DNA of 64,000 bases from Dehalococcoidia bacterium (lineage in GTDB: Bacteria > Chloroflexota > Dehalococcoidia > GIF9 > AB-539-J10). The DNA lies in assembly GCA_030612025.1 (NCBI GenBank), contig JAUWOR010000002.1, forward strand, positions 32,001 to 96,000, given 5' to 3'. Within the stretch, counting starts at the first letter, position 1. The number at the start of each line of letters is the position of its first letter. Below are positions 46,987-56,430 of this stretch, in pieces. Below the pieces are notes generated by a model. It ran no database searches. It was not told the DNA's origin and was given only the letters and a program-made list of their open reading frames with translations. The position numbers and the translations under genes were made by a program.

Positions 46987-49659
46987 TCATAGTTTCTCCA
47001 CTCTAACTGCTGCGACTTTGAGTTCAGGAATTTTGGATATCGGGTCTAGCTTGGGGTTGGTGAGGATATTGGCAGGGCTTTCAGCGAAATGGAAAGTCAT
47101 AAACACCACTCCAGGGGGCGATGCCTCAGTTATCTTGGCTTTAGTGAGGATTTCACCGCGCCGAGAACTGACTCTAACTTTATCACCCTGAGCTATGCCA
47201 AGTTGTGAAGCATCCTCGGGGCTGATTTCCACAGTACCTTCAGGTTCTATAATATTAAGTCCGGCTACTTTACGAGTCATTGTCCCGGTATGAAAGTGAT
47301 ATAAGCTGCGCCCTGTGGTGAGAATCAAAGGATAGTCTTCGTCTGGCGACTCTCCTGGGGGAACATATTTTAGCGGGATAAATCTGCCTTTCCCCCTGAC
47401 AAAAGTATTCACATGGAGTATTGGTGTACCTGGATGGTCATCGGTAGGGCAAGGCCATTGGAGTCCACCGCTCTCTAAACGCTGGTAACTTATGCCACCA
47501 TAGCTGGGAGTAAGATAGCGAATTTCCTCCATTATATCAAAGGGGTGGCTATAATCAAAGCCTCCAGCCTCTAACCTTTTGGCTATTTGGCAAATAATCC
47601 ACCAATCAGGATGGGAATCGCCAATTGGCTCAATAGCCTTCCTTACCCGCTGCACTCGCCGCTCGGTATTAGTGAAGGTGCCGTTCTTCTCAGCAAAGCT
47701 CACTGCAGGCAAGACAACATGGGCAAACTTTGCTGTTTCAGAAAGGAAAATGTCCTGAACCACAAGAAACTCAAGTTTAGCTAGCGTCTCCCGGACATGG
47801 CCAACATCAGGATCGCTTAATGCCGGGTTCTCACCAATGAGGTATAGCGCCTTTATCTCTTTCCGGTAAGCGGCTTCAAGCATCTCAATCAAGGTTAGCC
47901 CTGGAGATGAGGGTAATGAGCATCTCCAGGCAATTTCAAATTTCTCTCTGATAGCTGGACTGGCTACTGCCTGGTAACCAGGATAGACATTGGGCAGGGC
48001 ACCCATATCGCAAGCACCTTGCACATTGTTTTGACCCCTGAGTGGATTAACCCCGGTTGAGGGCTTGCCTACATTCCCGGTGAGCATTGCCAGGTTGGCA
48101 GTAGCCATCACATTGTCGGTGCCATGGGAATGCTGGGTGATACCCATGGCATAGAGGATGGTGGCTGGACTATTGGTGGCAAACATACGGGCTGCTTGAG
48201 CTATTTTGTCACGTGGCACTCCACAGACGGGCTCAACAAAATCGAGAGCAAAATCATTTAATGCCTGCTTGAAGGCATCAAGGTTTTCACATCTCTCCTC
48301 GATAAAGGCTGAGTCAAGCAGCCCCTCGTCCACTATAACCCGCATCATGCCCATAAGTAAGGCAACATCTGTGCCAGGGTTATGCCGTAGCCAGAGGCTG
48401 GCAAAGCGGCAAAGGTCGATCTCACGGGGGTTAGCTACAATGAGCTTTGCTCCTTTATCTACTGCTCTTTTCACCTCAAGCCCGATCACGGGGTGGTCTT
48501 CTGTGGTGTTGGTGCCGATAGCTAAAATGCAAGCGGCGTTACCAATTCCGTTGATGGAATTAGTCATAGCCCCGCTGCCAAAGCTTTGGACAAGGCCAGC
48601 TACAGTAGGAGCGTGACACAGTCGGGCACAGTGATCAACATTGTTAGTACCCAATACCGCTCGGGCAAATTTTTGCATGACATAGTTCTCCTCGTTGGTG
48701 CACTTGGCCGATGCAATCACTCCTATCTCGTCTGCTTTATAGCCTTTCAATTTCCTAGCCACCAGATCTAGTGCCTCATCCCAGGATGTCTCTTTCAACT
48801 CTCCATTCCTTCTTATTAGGGGAGAAGTTAAACGCTGGGGATGATGGACGAATTCTGCGATACCGAAACGACCTTTGACACATGCTTGGCCATGATTAAC
48901 TGTACCATCTGGAACAGGGACAGAACTTATTATCCTCTCATCCTTGACCTCGAGCTTGAGTTGGCAGCCAACTCCACAATATGGGCAAGTAGTAACTACT
49001 TCACGGTCAGGCAAGCCCTCCCACTTATTAGCTCTTTCCATCAGGGCTCCGGTAGGACAAGCATCAATACAAGCTCCACAGAATTCACAGCTTACTTCCT
49101 GAAGCGGCTGATTGAAAGCGGTGCCTATCAAAGTTTCACTCCCTCGATAGGTAAAGGAGATGGCTCCCACCTTACGTACCTCTTGACACACACGGACGCA
49201 GCGACCACAAAGAATGCACAGGTTATAATCTCGGTCGAAGAATGGGTTTTCCCTGTTAACAGGGAGCTCCTTATAAGTATAAGGGAGAGTTACTTTCTCC
49301 AGTCCGATATAGCGAGCAACCCTCTGTAGCTCACAATTTAGATTTTTGGGGCAGGTGAGGCAGGAATATGGATGCTCGCTTAAAATCAGCTCCATTATGT
49401 TACGGCGAAGCTCCTGCAATTTTGGGGTATTGGTATGGACTACCAATCCTTCAGTCGCTGGGGTAGTGCATGCTGGGGGAAAACCGCGCATCCCCTCGAT
49501 GTCCACAATGCACAGGCGGCAAGCACCAAAGGGAATTAGGTCTGGATAGTAGCAAAGCGTAGGAATATAGATACCAGCTTCCAGGGCTGCCTCCAAAATT
49601 GTAGCCTCCCTTTTCGCTTTTACTTCCTTTTCGTCAATAATCAAAGTAACAGTATCCAT
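46987..49659 (-). CDS. fdhA: Formate dehydrogenase alpha subunit (Mo/W-bisPGD, Cys ligand) with N-terminal [2Fe-2S]/[4Fe-4S] domains
   Basis: IPTLCY...GACRLC, CILCGRCVRVC, TCPYCGVGC, DHCARLCHAPT, LRGQNNVQGACDMG and TFTNTERR motifs. Confidence 0.93.
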   Translation of the reverse strand: MDTVTLIIDEKEVKAKREATILEAALEAGIYIPTLCYYPDLIPFGACRLCIVDIEGMRGFPPACTTPATEGLVVHTNTPKLQELRRNIMELILSEHPYSCLTCPKNLNCELQRVARYIGLEKVTLPYTYKELPVNRENPFFDRDYNLCILCGRCVRVCQEVRKVGAISFTYRGSETLIGTAFNQPLQEVSCEFCGACIDACPTGALMERANKWEGLPDREVVTTCPYCGVGCQLKLEVKDERIISSVPVPDGTVNHGQACVKGRFGIAEFVHHPQRLTSPLIRRNGELKETSWDEALDLVARKLKGYKADEIGVIASAKCTNEENYVMQKFARAVLGTNNVDHCARLCHAPTVAGLVQSFGSGAMTNSINGIGNAACILAIGTNTTEDHPVIGLEVKRAVDKGAKLIVANPREIDLCRFASLWLRHNPGTDVALLMGMMRVIVDEGLLDSAFIEERCENLDAFKQALNDFALDFVEPVCGVPRDKIAQAARMFATNSPATILYAMGITQHSHGTDNVMATANLAMLTGNVGKPSTGVNPLRGQNNVQGACDMGALPNVYPGYQAVASPAIREKFEIAWRCSLPSSPGLTLIEMLEAAYRKEIKALYLIGENPALSDPDVGHVRETLAKLEFLVVQDIFLSETAKFAHVVLPAVSFAEKNGTFTNTERRVQRVRKAIEPIGDSHPDWWIICQIAKRLEAGGFDYSHPFDIMEEIRYLTPSYGGISYQRLESGGLQWPCPTDDHPGTPILHVNTFVRGKGRFIPLKYVPPGESPDEDYPLILTTGRSLYHFHTGTMTRKVAGLNIIEPEGTVEISPEDASQLGIAQGDKVRVSSRRGEILTKAKITEASPPGVVFMTFHFAESPANILTNPKLDPISKIPELKVAAVRVEKL

Positions 49660-49681
49660 GCTTACTCTCTCTTAATCAAAT

Positions 49682-52600
49682 TTACTCCCGCTCCTCCAAG
49701 TCGCATCTCAAGCACCGCGTTGCCTCCTCAATGGCTAATTCCTCACTAAGGCTAAGTTCCACCTCAGCAAAACTACCAAGTCGCTCGCCTAAAGGCAGAG
49801 TAGGTATTGGGAGACGATGCTTCTCCCCCTCGTCAATTTCAGGCAGCGCCTCTAGCTCTTCAGGTGGCGCCAGCTTTTCGTCTATCACTCCCTTGCCACC
49901 TAAATATTTATCAATCGAGATTGCTGCCTGCCTTCCAGCAGCGATGGCCTCGATGACTGTGGCTGGTCCAGTCACGGCATCGCCGCCAGCAAAGACAGCC
50001 TCCCTACCCGTAGCTAAAGTATAAGTGTCAACCTGGAACGTATTTCCCCTTCCCAGGGGGAGCCCGAATTGATCTGGAGTCTCTGGCATCTGACCGATAG
50101 CAGCAATCACAGTATTAAAGCTCGAGCTGAATTCACTGCCTTCGATTGGCACTGGGCGTCGTCTACCACTGGTATCCACCGCCCCCAGCTTCATGCGAAT
50201 GCATATAAGCTCCACCACACTGTCTTTGCTCTCTATTCTAATCGGGGCAGCAAGGAACTCTATCTTCACCCCTTCATGTATTGCCTCATTTATTTCTTCC
50301 TCGCTTGCTGGCATCTCAGTCCTAGTGCGGCGATAGATAATGGTTACCTCCTTGGCGCCAAGTCGAAGTGCGTTGCGGGAAGCATCTATGGCGACATTGC
50401 CCCCGCCGATGATTGCTACTCTGCTCCCTACCCTAACTTTATTCCCCATATTTATCTCTCTGAGAAAGGATATGCCTTCCATAACCTCAGGACTATCCTC
50501 TCCTTCAACCCTTAGCTTAGCCCCTTGGTGAGCGCCAATGGCAAGGAAAATGGCGTTATAACCATCGGCAAAAAGCCCGTCTAAGGAGTTGATTTTTGCA
50601 TTTGTCCTTATGTCAACTCCAACACTCCTTATCTCCTCAATTTCCTCAGCTAATACCTTTCGGGGCAAGCGATACTCGGGAATGCCGTACCTCATCATGC
50701 CACCTGGCTCAGGGAGCGCCTCGAACACAGTAACGGTATGTCCTCGCTTCGCCAGGTAATAGGCTGCAGTAAGTCCTGCTGGCCCGGAGCCAACGATGGC
50801 AACTTGCTTTCCTGTAGCTGGAGCTATTTTTGCCCTCATTTTCCAAAGTCCATTGCCCCTCTCTGCGGCAAAGCGCTTGAGCACCCTTATGGCAATTGAG
50901 TCATCTAGTAGTCCTCGCCGACATTTGGCTTCACAGGGATGGGGACAGACACGCCCACAAACTGAGGGGAAGGGTATTTTCTCTCGAATTACCGCCAACG
51001 CTTGGTCAAACTGCCCCTGACTAATGAAGCGAATATAGCGAGGTACGTCTACACCAGCGGGACAGGTATGGCTGCAAGGTGCTTTGACCAGCCCCTTACA
51101 GACCGCAGCAGGACATTTCTTTCTCTTGATATGGGCTTCATATTCATCACGGAAGTAGCGGATGGTGCTCAGCACTGGATTGGGTGCTGTTCCCCCTAAG
51201 GCGCAGAGCGAGCCATCCCTGACTGTTTCAGCAAGCTGCTGTAATTTATCAATGTCACCGTCTTGCCCCTCTCCACGAGTTATGCGTTCCAAGATATCGA
51301 GCATCTGTCTTGTGCCCACTCGACAGGGGGCACACTTTCCACAGGATTCAGCTTGAACAAAGGTGAGGAAGAATTTGGCAAAATCAACTATGCAAGTATC
51401 TTCGTCAGCCACGATCATGCCACCTGAGCCCATAATGGAGCCCGCTTGGGTCAAAGCTTCATAATCTACAGGTAGGTCTAAGAGCTCAGCGGGAAGGCAG
51501 CCTCCAGAAGGACCACCAGTCTGCACCGCCCTAAACTGCTTATCGTCAGCAATGCCACCTCCAATATCATAGACGATCTCACGAAGGGTGATGCCTAAGG
51601 GAACTTCAATGAGTCCGGTGCGCTTTATCTTTCCCGCCAAAGCAAAAGTCTTTGTTCCTTTGCTCCCCTCGGTTCCATATTGGGCATACCAATCTGCGCT
51701 TTTTTGCAAAATCGCCGCCACAGCGGCAAGGGTTTCTACATTATTGATATTGGTTGGTTTGCCCCAGATGCCTGATTGAGCGGGGAAGGGAGGACGGGGG
51801 CGGGGCATACCCCGTTTACCCTCAATGGAAGCCATCAATGCTGTTTCTTCGCCGCAGACGAAAGCTCCTGCTCCCTCTTTGATTTCTATGTCGAAATTGA
51901 AGCCTGAACCAAGGATATTTGCCCCCAGAAGCCCATATTCCTTCATCTTAGCAAGGGCAATATTCAATCGTTCTAGAGCCAGTGGGTATTCGGCGCGGCA
52001 ATAGATATAGCCATGTGTTGCCCCTATAGTGTAGGCAGCAATAAGCATTCCCTCCAGAACAGCATGTGGGTCTCCTTCCAAGACGGATCGATTCATAAAG
52101 GCCCCAGGGTCTCCTTCATCGGCATTGCAAACGAGGTATTTTTCCCTGCCGGGAGATTTACGGCAGAAATCCCACTTGAGCCATGTAGGGAAGCCAGCAC
52201 CACCTCGCCCCCTGAGCCCCGACTTTTTAATCTCCCCTATAATTTCCCCCGGGCTCATTTTAAGTACCCGGGCAAATCCGCTATAGCCACCACGGGCAAT
52301 ATAGTGATTAATATTTTCGGGATCAATAGTTCCACAATTTCTCAGAATGATGCGAACCTGCGGTTTGAGCATGGGCAAATCAAAGAATCTGGGAATACCC
52401 TCAATGCTATCATCACCTATAGTGCCTAAGGCGAGGTCTGGGCGAGGATTATCTTTAATCAGATAATCCTCGATGAGCTCGGGCACAATTTCAGGGGTGA
52501 TATTGCCATAGCAAATGCGGGGGCGACCTGGCTTGATGATATCAACTAAAGGCTCAAGATAACATAGCCCGACACATCCCACCTGTATCACAATAGCATC

Positions 52601-52762
52601 GGTACTGCGCTTGGCTAATTCATCATTAATAGTTTGGAGCACATTTAACGCGCCCGCTGAGCGACCACAGGTGGCAGCACCAACGAGGATGCGGGGCTTT
52701 TCACTGTGCTCTAAGGCTTCCCACTCTGATTTTGCTCGACTTTGAATCTGGTCAAAAGTCAT
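49682..52762 (-). CDS. NuoF/HydB-like flavoprotein fused to a GltD/NfnB-like oxidoreductase
   Basis: GLRGRGGAGFP, NADEGDPGAFM, GAGAFVCGEET and ESCGKCAPCR, followed by PCSHTCP...GRVCPHPCE, GSGPAGL, GGGNVAID and C-terminal RCLRCD. Confidence 0.88.
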   Translation of the reverse strand: MTFDQIQSRAKSEWEALEHSEKPRILVGAATCGRSAGALNVLQTINDELAKRSTDAIVIQVGCVGLCYLEPLVDIIKPGRPRICYGNITPEIVPELIEDYLIKDNPRPDLALGTIGDDSIEGIPRFFDLPMLKPQVRIILRNCGTIDPENINHYIARGGYSGFARVLKMSPGEIIGEIKKSGLRGRGGAGFPTWLKWDFCRKSPGREKYLVCNADEGDPGAFMNRSVLEGDPHAVLEGMLIAAYTIGATHGYIYCRAEYPLALERLNIALAKMKEYGLLGANILGSGFNFDIEIKEGAGAFVCGEETALMASIEGKRGMPRPRPPFPAQSGIWGKPTNINNVETLAAVAAILQKSADWYAQYGTEGSKGTKTFALAGKIKRTGLIEVPLGITLREIVYDIGGGIADDKQFRAVQTGGPSGGCLPAELLDLPVDYEALTQAGSIMGSGGMIVADEDTCIVDFAKFFLTFVQAESCGKCAPCRVGTRQMLDILERITRGEGQDGDIDKLQQLAETVRDGSLCALGGTAPNPVLSTIRYFRDEYEAHIKRKKCPAAVCKGLVKAPCSHTCPAGVDVPRYIRFISQGQFDQALAVIREKIPFPSVCGRVCPHPCEAKCRRGLLDDSIAIRVLKRFAAERGNGLWKMRAKIAPATGKQVAIVGSGPAGLTAAYYLAKRGHTVTVFEALPEPGGMMRYGIPEYRLPRKVLAEEIEEIRSVGVDIRTNAKINSLDGLFADGYNAIFLAIGAHQGAKLRVEGEDSPEVMEGISFLREINMGNKVRVGSRVAIIGGGNVAIDASRNALRLGAKEVTIIYRRTRTEMPASEEEINEAIHEGVKIEFLAAPIRIESKDSVVELICIRMKLGAVDTSGRRRPVPIEGSEFSSSFNTVIAAIGQMPETPDQFGLPLGRGNTFQVDTYTLATGREAVFAGGDAVTGPATVIEAIAAGRQAAISIDKYLGGKGVIDEKLAPPEELEALPEIDEGEKHRLPIPTLPLGERLGSFAEVELSLSEELAIEEATRCLRCDLEERE

Positions 52763-52776
52763 CTCAGCTTCCGAAG

Positions 52777-53226
52777 CTAATGATAAGAGGACAGAACTTG
52801 CTTTGCCTTTATCGGGGTCACCCTACTATAAACTGTCTTATCCACCACCATCACTGGGGATAAAGCACAGCAACCAAAACAGGCAACCCTCTCCAGACTA
52901 AATTTATAGTCCTCCGTAGTCTCTCCCGGCTTGATGCCAAGTTTTCTTTGCACCGTTTCCATAATGCGCGCTCCACCCCGCACATAACAGGAAGTGCCAA
53001 GACACACCTTAACAGTATATTCACCAGAACGGGTAAAGCGAAACTGAGCATAGAAAGTAGCCACACCGAAAATCTCACTCTTTGAGAGGCCTAGAAAGCG
53101 GGCGATTTCGGATACCGCTTCCTCCGGGAGATAGCTCAGTTCTTCCTGAACTTTTTGCAAGATAGGAATTAAGGTTCCTCGCTTCTCTTTATATGGCGCT
53201 AATATCTCAGCCAGTTTATCGCTGAT
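52777..53226 (-). CDS. nuoE: NuoE/HydC-like [2Fe-2S] subunit
   Basis: GVATFYAQF, VCLGTSCYVRG and VACFGCCALSP motifs. The frame extends upstream of TTG 53160 (SDKLAEILAPYKEKRGTLIPILQ) to an ATC near RBS ggagg; start uncertain. Confidence 0.85.
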   Translation of the reverse strand: MSDKLAEILAPYKEKRGTLIPILQKVQEELSYLPEEAVSEIARFLGLSKSEIFGVATFYAQFRFTRSGEYTVKVCLGTSCYVRGGARIMETVQRKLGIKPGETTEDYKFSLERVACFGCCALSPVMVVDKTVYSRVTPIKAKQVLSSYH

Positions 53227-53373
53227 GATGCCTCCGAAAACTAACTAATTTCTAAAAGGCAGGTTCAAACCCATACTATAGCGTAAATGGAGAAGTTAAT
53301 GCAAGTAGTTGTGCTCGTTGGGTCTGCATTTTTTAGTGTGAAAATCTGTAAAAGGTGCCGGGCCATTTAAAAA

Positions 53374-53425
53374 TGTAGTTGCCCAATTTATTGGGCGACT
53401 GTGCCTGATAAATCAGGCAACTACA
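53374..53425. repeat. GTAG-family REP doublet
   Basis: tgtagttgcc/ggcaactaca terminal inverted repeat enclosing two hairpins (gcccaatttattgggc; gcctgataaatcaggc). Confidence 0.7.
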
Positions 53426-53516
53426 AAAATTTGGGGGGAAACACCTCTGAGGTGGCTGAAATTGAACGGGGAATCAAAATTAAACAACCTGGGTGCCGGG
53501 AAGGAGGTGATTATTC

Positions 53517-53557
53517 GTGGAAGTAAAGGACGTTACCAACTTTAGTGGGAAATGTAC
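53517..53557 (+). repeat. 41-bp direct repeat, copy 1 (copy 2 at 54524-54564)
   Basis: gtggaagtaaaggacgttaccaactttagtgggaaatgtac versus gtgggaggaaaggacgttaccaactttagtgagaaatgcac (4 mismatches). Confidence 0.8.
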
Positions 53558-54258
53558 TTATCTATAACTCTCCACTCATGAGAATAAATATTAAATCGAT
53601 GCCCTCGAGCAAAGCCGATCAATGCTATGCCAAACTTCTGGGCAGCTTCTATGGCTAAGCTAGTAGGGGCTGAGATGCTTACTATCACCGGAATTTGGAC
53701 ACGGGCTGCCTTCACCACGGTTGACTTTGTCTGCCGACTCGAGGTTACCAGTACGCTGTTAGCCAGGTCCAACTTGGTACCAAATGCAAGGCCAATGACC
53801 TTATCTATAGCACAATGCCTACTTACATCTTCAACAAAGATATAACTACGCTGATTACGTATCTGAGCAATATGAGTACCTCCAGTCTCCTTAAATAGGA
53901 TGCTATCTTCATCCAGCTTCTTGATGGCATCCCAGATCTCGGTGACAGCTATCTTGGCTTGCGAGTTAACCTCTTTCACCTTTACAGAATTGCGCCTGCC
54001 AACTGTAACAGCAATGGCAAATTTGCTTCCATCCGGCCTGACTTCTATGCCTTTTATATTCGAGGAATGGCATATCCCCTCAGAAATCAGATGCCCCCTA
54101 GCCAGCTCCTCTAAATGAGTTGGCAAACAATAGAGTGACCGATAAACCTCACCGTTAAGCCTGATCACAACCTCGGCCTCAGAAGTAACTAGATCAAAAC
54201 AGACTTCCCTATGACAATCCGAAATCCTGTGTATTTTAACCTTTCTTAATTCTGCCAC
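53542..54258 (-). CDS. fdhD: Formate dehydrogenase accessory sulfurtransferase FdhD
   Basis: ELARGHLISEG, FKETGGTH, EDVSRHCAIDKVIG, SAPTSLAIEAA and GFARG..FNIY motifs. Confidence 0.9.
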   Translation of the reverse strand: MAELRKVKIHRISDCHREVCFDLVTSEAEVVIRLNGEVYRSLYCLPTHLEELARGHLISEGICHSSNIKGIEVRPDGSKFAIAVTVGRRNSVKVKEVNSQAKIAVTEIWDAIKKLDEDSILFKETGGTHIAQIRNQRSYIFVEDVSRHCAIDKVIGLAFGTKLDLANSVLVTSSRQTKSTVVKAARVQIPVIVSISAPTSLAIEAAQKFGIALIGFARGHRFNIYSHEWRVIDKYISH

Positions 54259-54442
54259 TACTTCTCTGTATCAGAGTTGCTTCTTTATTTTTATCCCTAA
54301 AAATAAGCGTATGCGTTCGCCATGGATTTTACGCTGGTACTTCCTCCATTTCAATTTTGTCCGTGCCGGCTAAGGAAAAGCAGGCCAAACATATCGGCTA
54401 GAACCCAAAGATTTTTCCTTCCCTAAACATCTATCCTCCCCT

Positions 54443-54649
54443 CATCAGATAAACTTGGTCACTGCTCTAGAGCTGGGCAGAATGCTTAGCTTGTCCATGC
54501 TCCAAAGGATTGCTATATTTGCTGTGGGAGGAAAGGACGTTACCAACTTTAGTGAGAAATGCACGCCAGAAGTGGAGCGAGCAATTCCCAAAGTAGTTAA
54601 GATAGTACTCTGTGAGCTAGGCAAGCAATTTCTTGGCACAAAAACCTAA
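54443..54649 (+). pseudogene. C-terminal fragment of a hydrogenase maturation protease
   Basis: HQINLVTALELGR...IAIFAV..KDVTNFSEKCTPEVERAIPKVV parallels the C-terminal half of 44428..44892; the GN..GDDG N-terminus is missing. Confidence 0.65.
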
Positions 54650-54772
54650 CCCCCTTGTTTTTTCCCCCACCTTGGTTTAATATTTACCTTTTGAATACGT
54701 AAGCGGCTTTCTTGCCAAGTGTGGTGCTTGTGCAAAAACTGGGTAAATTAAATACTCACCAAGTTTAGCAAA

Positions 54773-55297
54773 GTGACCGTGATAGCATTTTTAGCAACTG
54801 CGTTTGGGGCTTTTTTACTATACCTATTCTTGACCACCGCATCTGGCCCTTTGTTTCTCTGGAGTAAAGAAGAACTAATTATTGGGGCTATTTTTGCTCT
54901 AATAGTAGCAGCAATAGTAAGAAAGGTGTTCCCAGCAAAAAACCTTCGCTTGCTAAACCCGAAGAGATGGTTTCTACTCCTTGCCTATATTATATGGCCA
55001 TTCTTTCCAGCGATGGCAAAGGCAAATATCGATGTTGCCTACCGAGTAATAACAGGAAGGATAAACCCAGGCATAGTGAAAATTTCCCCTAAGCTAAAGA
55101 CTGACGCTGGTTTAACCATGCTTGCCAACTCCATAACCCTAACTCCAGGCACTTTGAGCGTGGATGTAGATGAAGAAACAAATGACCTGTATGTCCATTG
55201 GATAAATGTGAAGAAAGAAGCCTTGGAAAAGATGCCCAGAGATTACAAATACGTATGTGGTGAATTCCCTGATTGGGCAAGGAGAGTGATGGAATAA
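54773..55297 (+). CDS. mbhA: Mrp-Mbh subunit A (MnhE-like)
   Basis: ANIDVA...INPGIV...LANSITLTPGTLSVD...LYVHWI. Confidence 0.88.
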   Translation: MTVIAFLATAFGAFLLYLFLTTASGPLFLWSKEELIIGAIFALIVAAIVRKVFPAKNLRLLNPKRWFLLLAYIIWPFFPAMAKANIDVAYRVITGRINPGIVKISPKLKTDAGLTMLANSITLTPGTLSVDVDEETNDLYVHWINVKKEALEKMPRDYKYVCGEFPDWARRVME

Positions 55298-55548
55298 TGT
55301 GGCTTCCCGTAGCCATATTCCTTGCAGTTTGCGCCACTATAATTCTTATAAGGCTGTTTCTAGGCCCTACCCCACCAGACCGACTAGTAGGGTTGGATAC
55401 CTTAAACACCGTAGTTGTAGTGTCCATGGTTATCCTGGGAGCGGCATTTGAAGAGGTAATATATGTTGACGTAGCCATTGTTTATGCCTTGCTTTCTTTT
55501 GTCAGCACACTTTTCATAGCCAAGTATATTGAGAAAGGCAAATTCTAA
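55297..55548 (+). CDS. mbhB: Mrp-Mbh subunit B (MnhF-like)
   Basis: GPTPPDRLVGLD and DVAIVYALLSFVSTL motifs. Confidence 0.88.
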   Translation: MWLPVAIFLAVCATIILIRLFLGPTPPDRLVGLDTLNTVVVVSMVILGAAFEEVIYVDVAIVYALLSFVSTLFIAKYIEKGKF

Positions 55549-55907
55549 TGATACTAGATATAATCACCTACATATGTATAGGCATCGGATGCTTTCTTAA
55601 CTTGCTGGCGGCGATCGGTCTGCACCGTTTCCCTGATGTTTATACCAGGCTGCACGCCGGAACAAAGTGCACTACCTTCGGCTCCATACTTCTAATTGCG
55701 GCTGTTGTTATACAATCTGTAAGTGTTTGGGTAGCAGAGGGTCTTTCCTCTCCCCAATCAGTACTTACCCTACATGCAGTTATTGCCTTGGTAGTTATTT
55801 TACTGACCAATCCTACCAGTGCTCATGCCATCGGTAGGGCAGCACATAGGAGCGGGATCAAACCAGCGAGAGCGGTGGTGGATGACCTGGAGAAAGAAAA
55901 ACCATGA
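55548..55907 (+). CDS. mbhC: Mrp-Mbh subunit C (MnhG-like)
   Basis: RFPDVYTRLHAGTK and TNPTSAHAIGRAA motifs. Confidence 0.88.
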   Translation: MILDIITYICIGIGCFLNLLAAIGLHRFPDVYTRLHAGTKCTTFGSILLIAAVVIQSVSVWVAEGLSSPQSVLTLHAVIALVVILLTNPTSAHAIGRAAHRSGIKPARAVVDDLEKEKP

Positions 55908-56146
55908 TTGAGCTAGGAGTTCTACACATAATTATCCCTATTTTGATTGTAGTCTGTGCATTGTTAGTAGCTATATTCAGGGACCTCATCGCTGCTGTAA
56001 TAAGTTTAGCTGCTATGAGCCTGCTCTTAGCCCTAGAGTTTTACTTACTTCAAGCCCCCGACGTGGCTATTGCCGAGGCTGGGGTAGGAGCAACTATCAC
56101 CGTAGCGATTTATATCCTGGCCATAAGGGCAACAAGGCGTGAGTAG
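55904..56146 (+). CDS. mbhD: Mrp-Mbh subunit D (DUF4040)
   Basis: LQAPDVAIAEAGVG motif. Confidence 0.85.
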   Translation: MIELGVLHIIIPILIVVCALLVAIFRDLIAAVISLAAMSLLLALEFYLLQAPDVAIAEAGVGATITVAIYILAIRATRRE

Positions 56147-56153
56147 GAGGAAC

Positions 56154-56426
56154 ATGAGAAAAATTGCTATGGCAGTATCCTTGAGCATCTTTATCGCCTT
56201 CTTGATAGCAACAGCATTCCTCATTCACCCCTTTGGCTATCCTCCATCTGAAATGGATGACTACATAATAGAAAATACCCAGAGTGAAACTGGAGCCAAT
56301 AATGCCGTAACTGCCGTTGTCTTTGATTACAGAGGCTTTGATACTTTAGGAGAGGCTACTATTTTGTTTACCGCAGTGACCGGCGTGGTAATGCTATTTA
56401 GAGCCAAGAAGAAAAGGGAGAAATAA
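56154..56426 (+). CDS. mbhE: Mrp-Mbh subunit E
   Basis: NAVTAVVFDYRGFDTLGEATILF motif. Confidence 0.85.
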   Translation: MRKIAMAVSLSIFIAFLIATAFLIHPFGYPPSEMDDYIIENTQSETGANNAVTAVVFDYRGFDTLGEATILFTAVTGVVMLFRAKKKREK

Positions 56427-56430
56427 AACC

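Noticed and set aside
33390-49659. Selenocysteine recoding in Fdh, HdrA, MvhD or MvhA
   Set aside because: The usual Sec positions are Cys codons in uninterrupted ORFs (ARLCHAPT, CNWC, DPCMAC); no in-frame TGA is needed.
53430-53516. Possible Moco/tungsten riboswitch near the fdh genes
   Set aside because: I could not match the conserved structure by eye and the orientation does not fit the minus-strand fdh genes; an Rfam scan would be needed.
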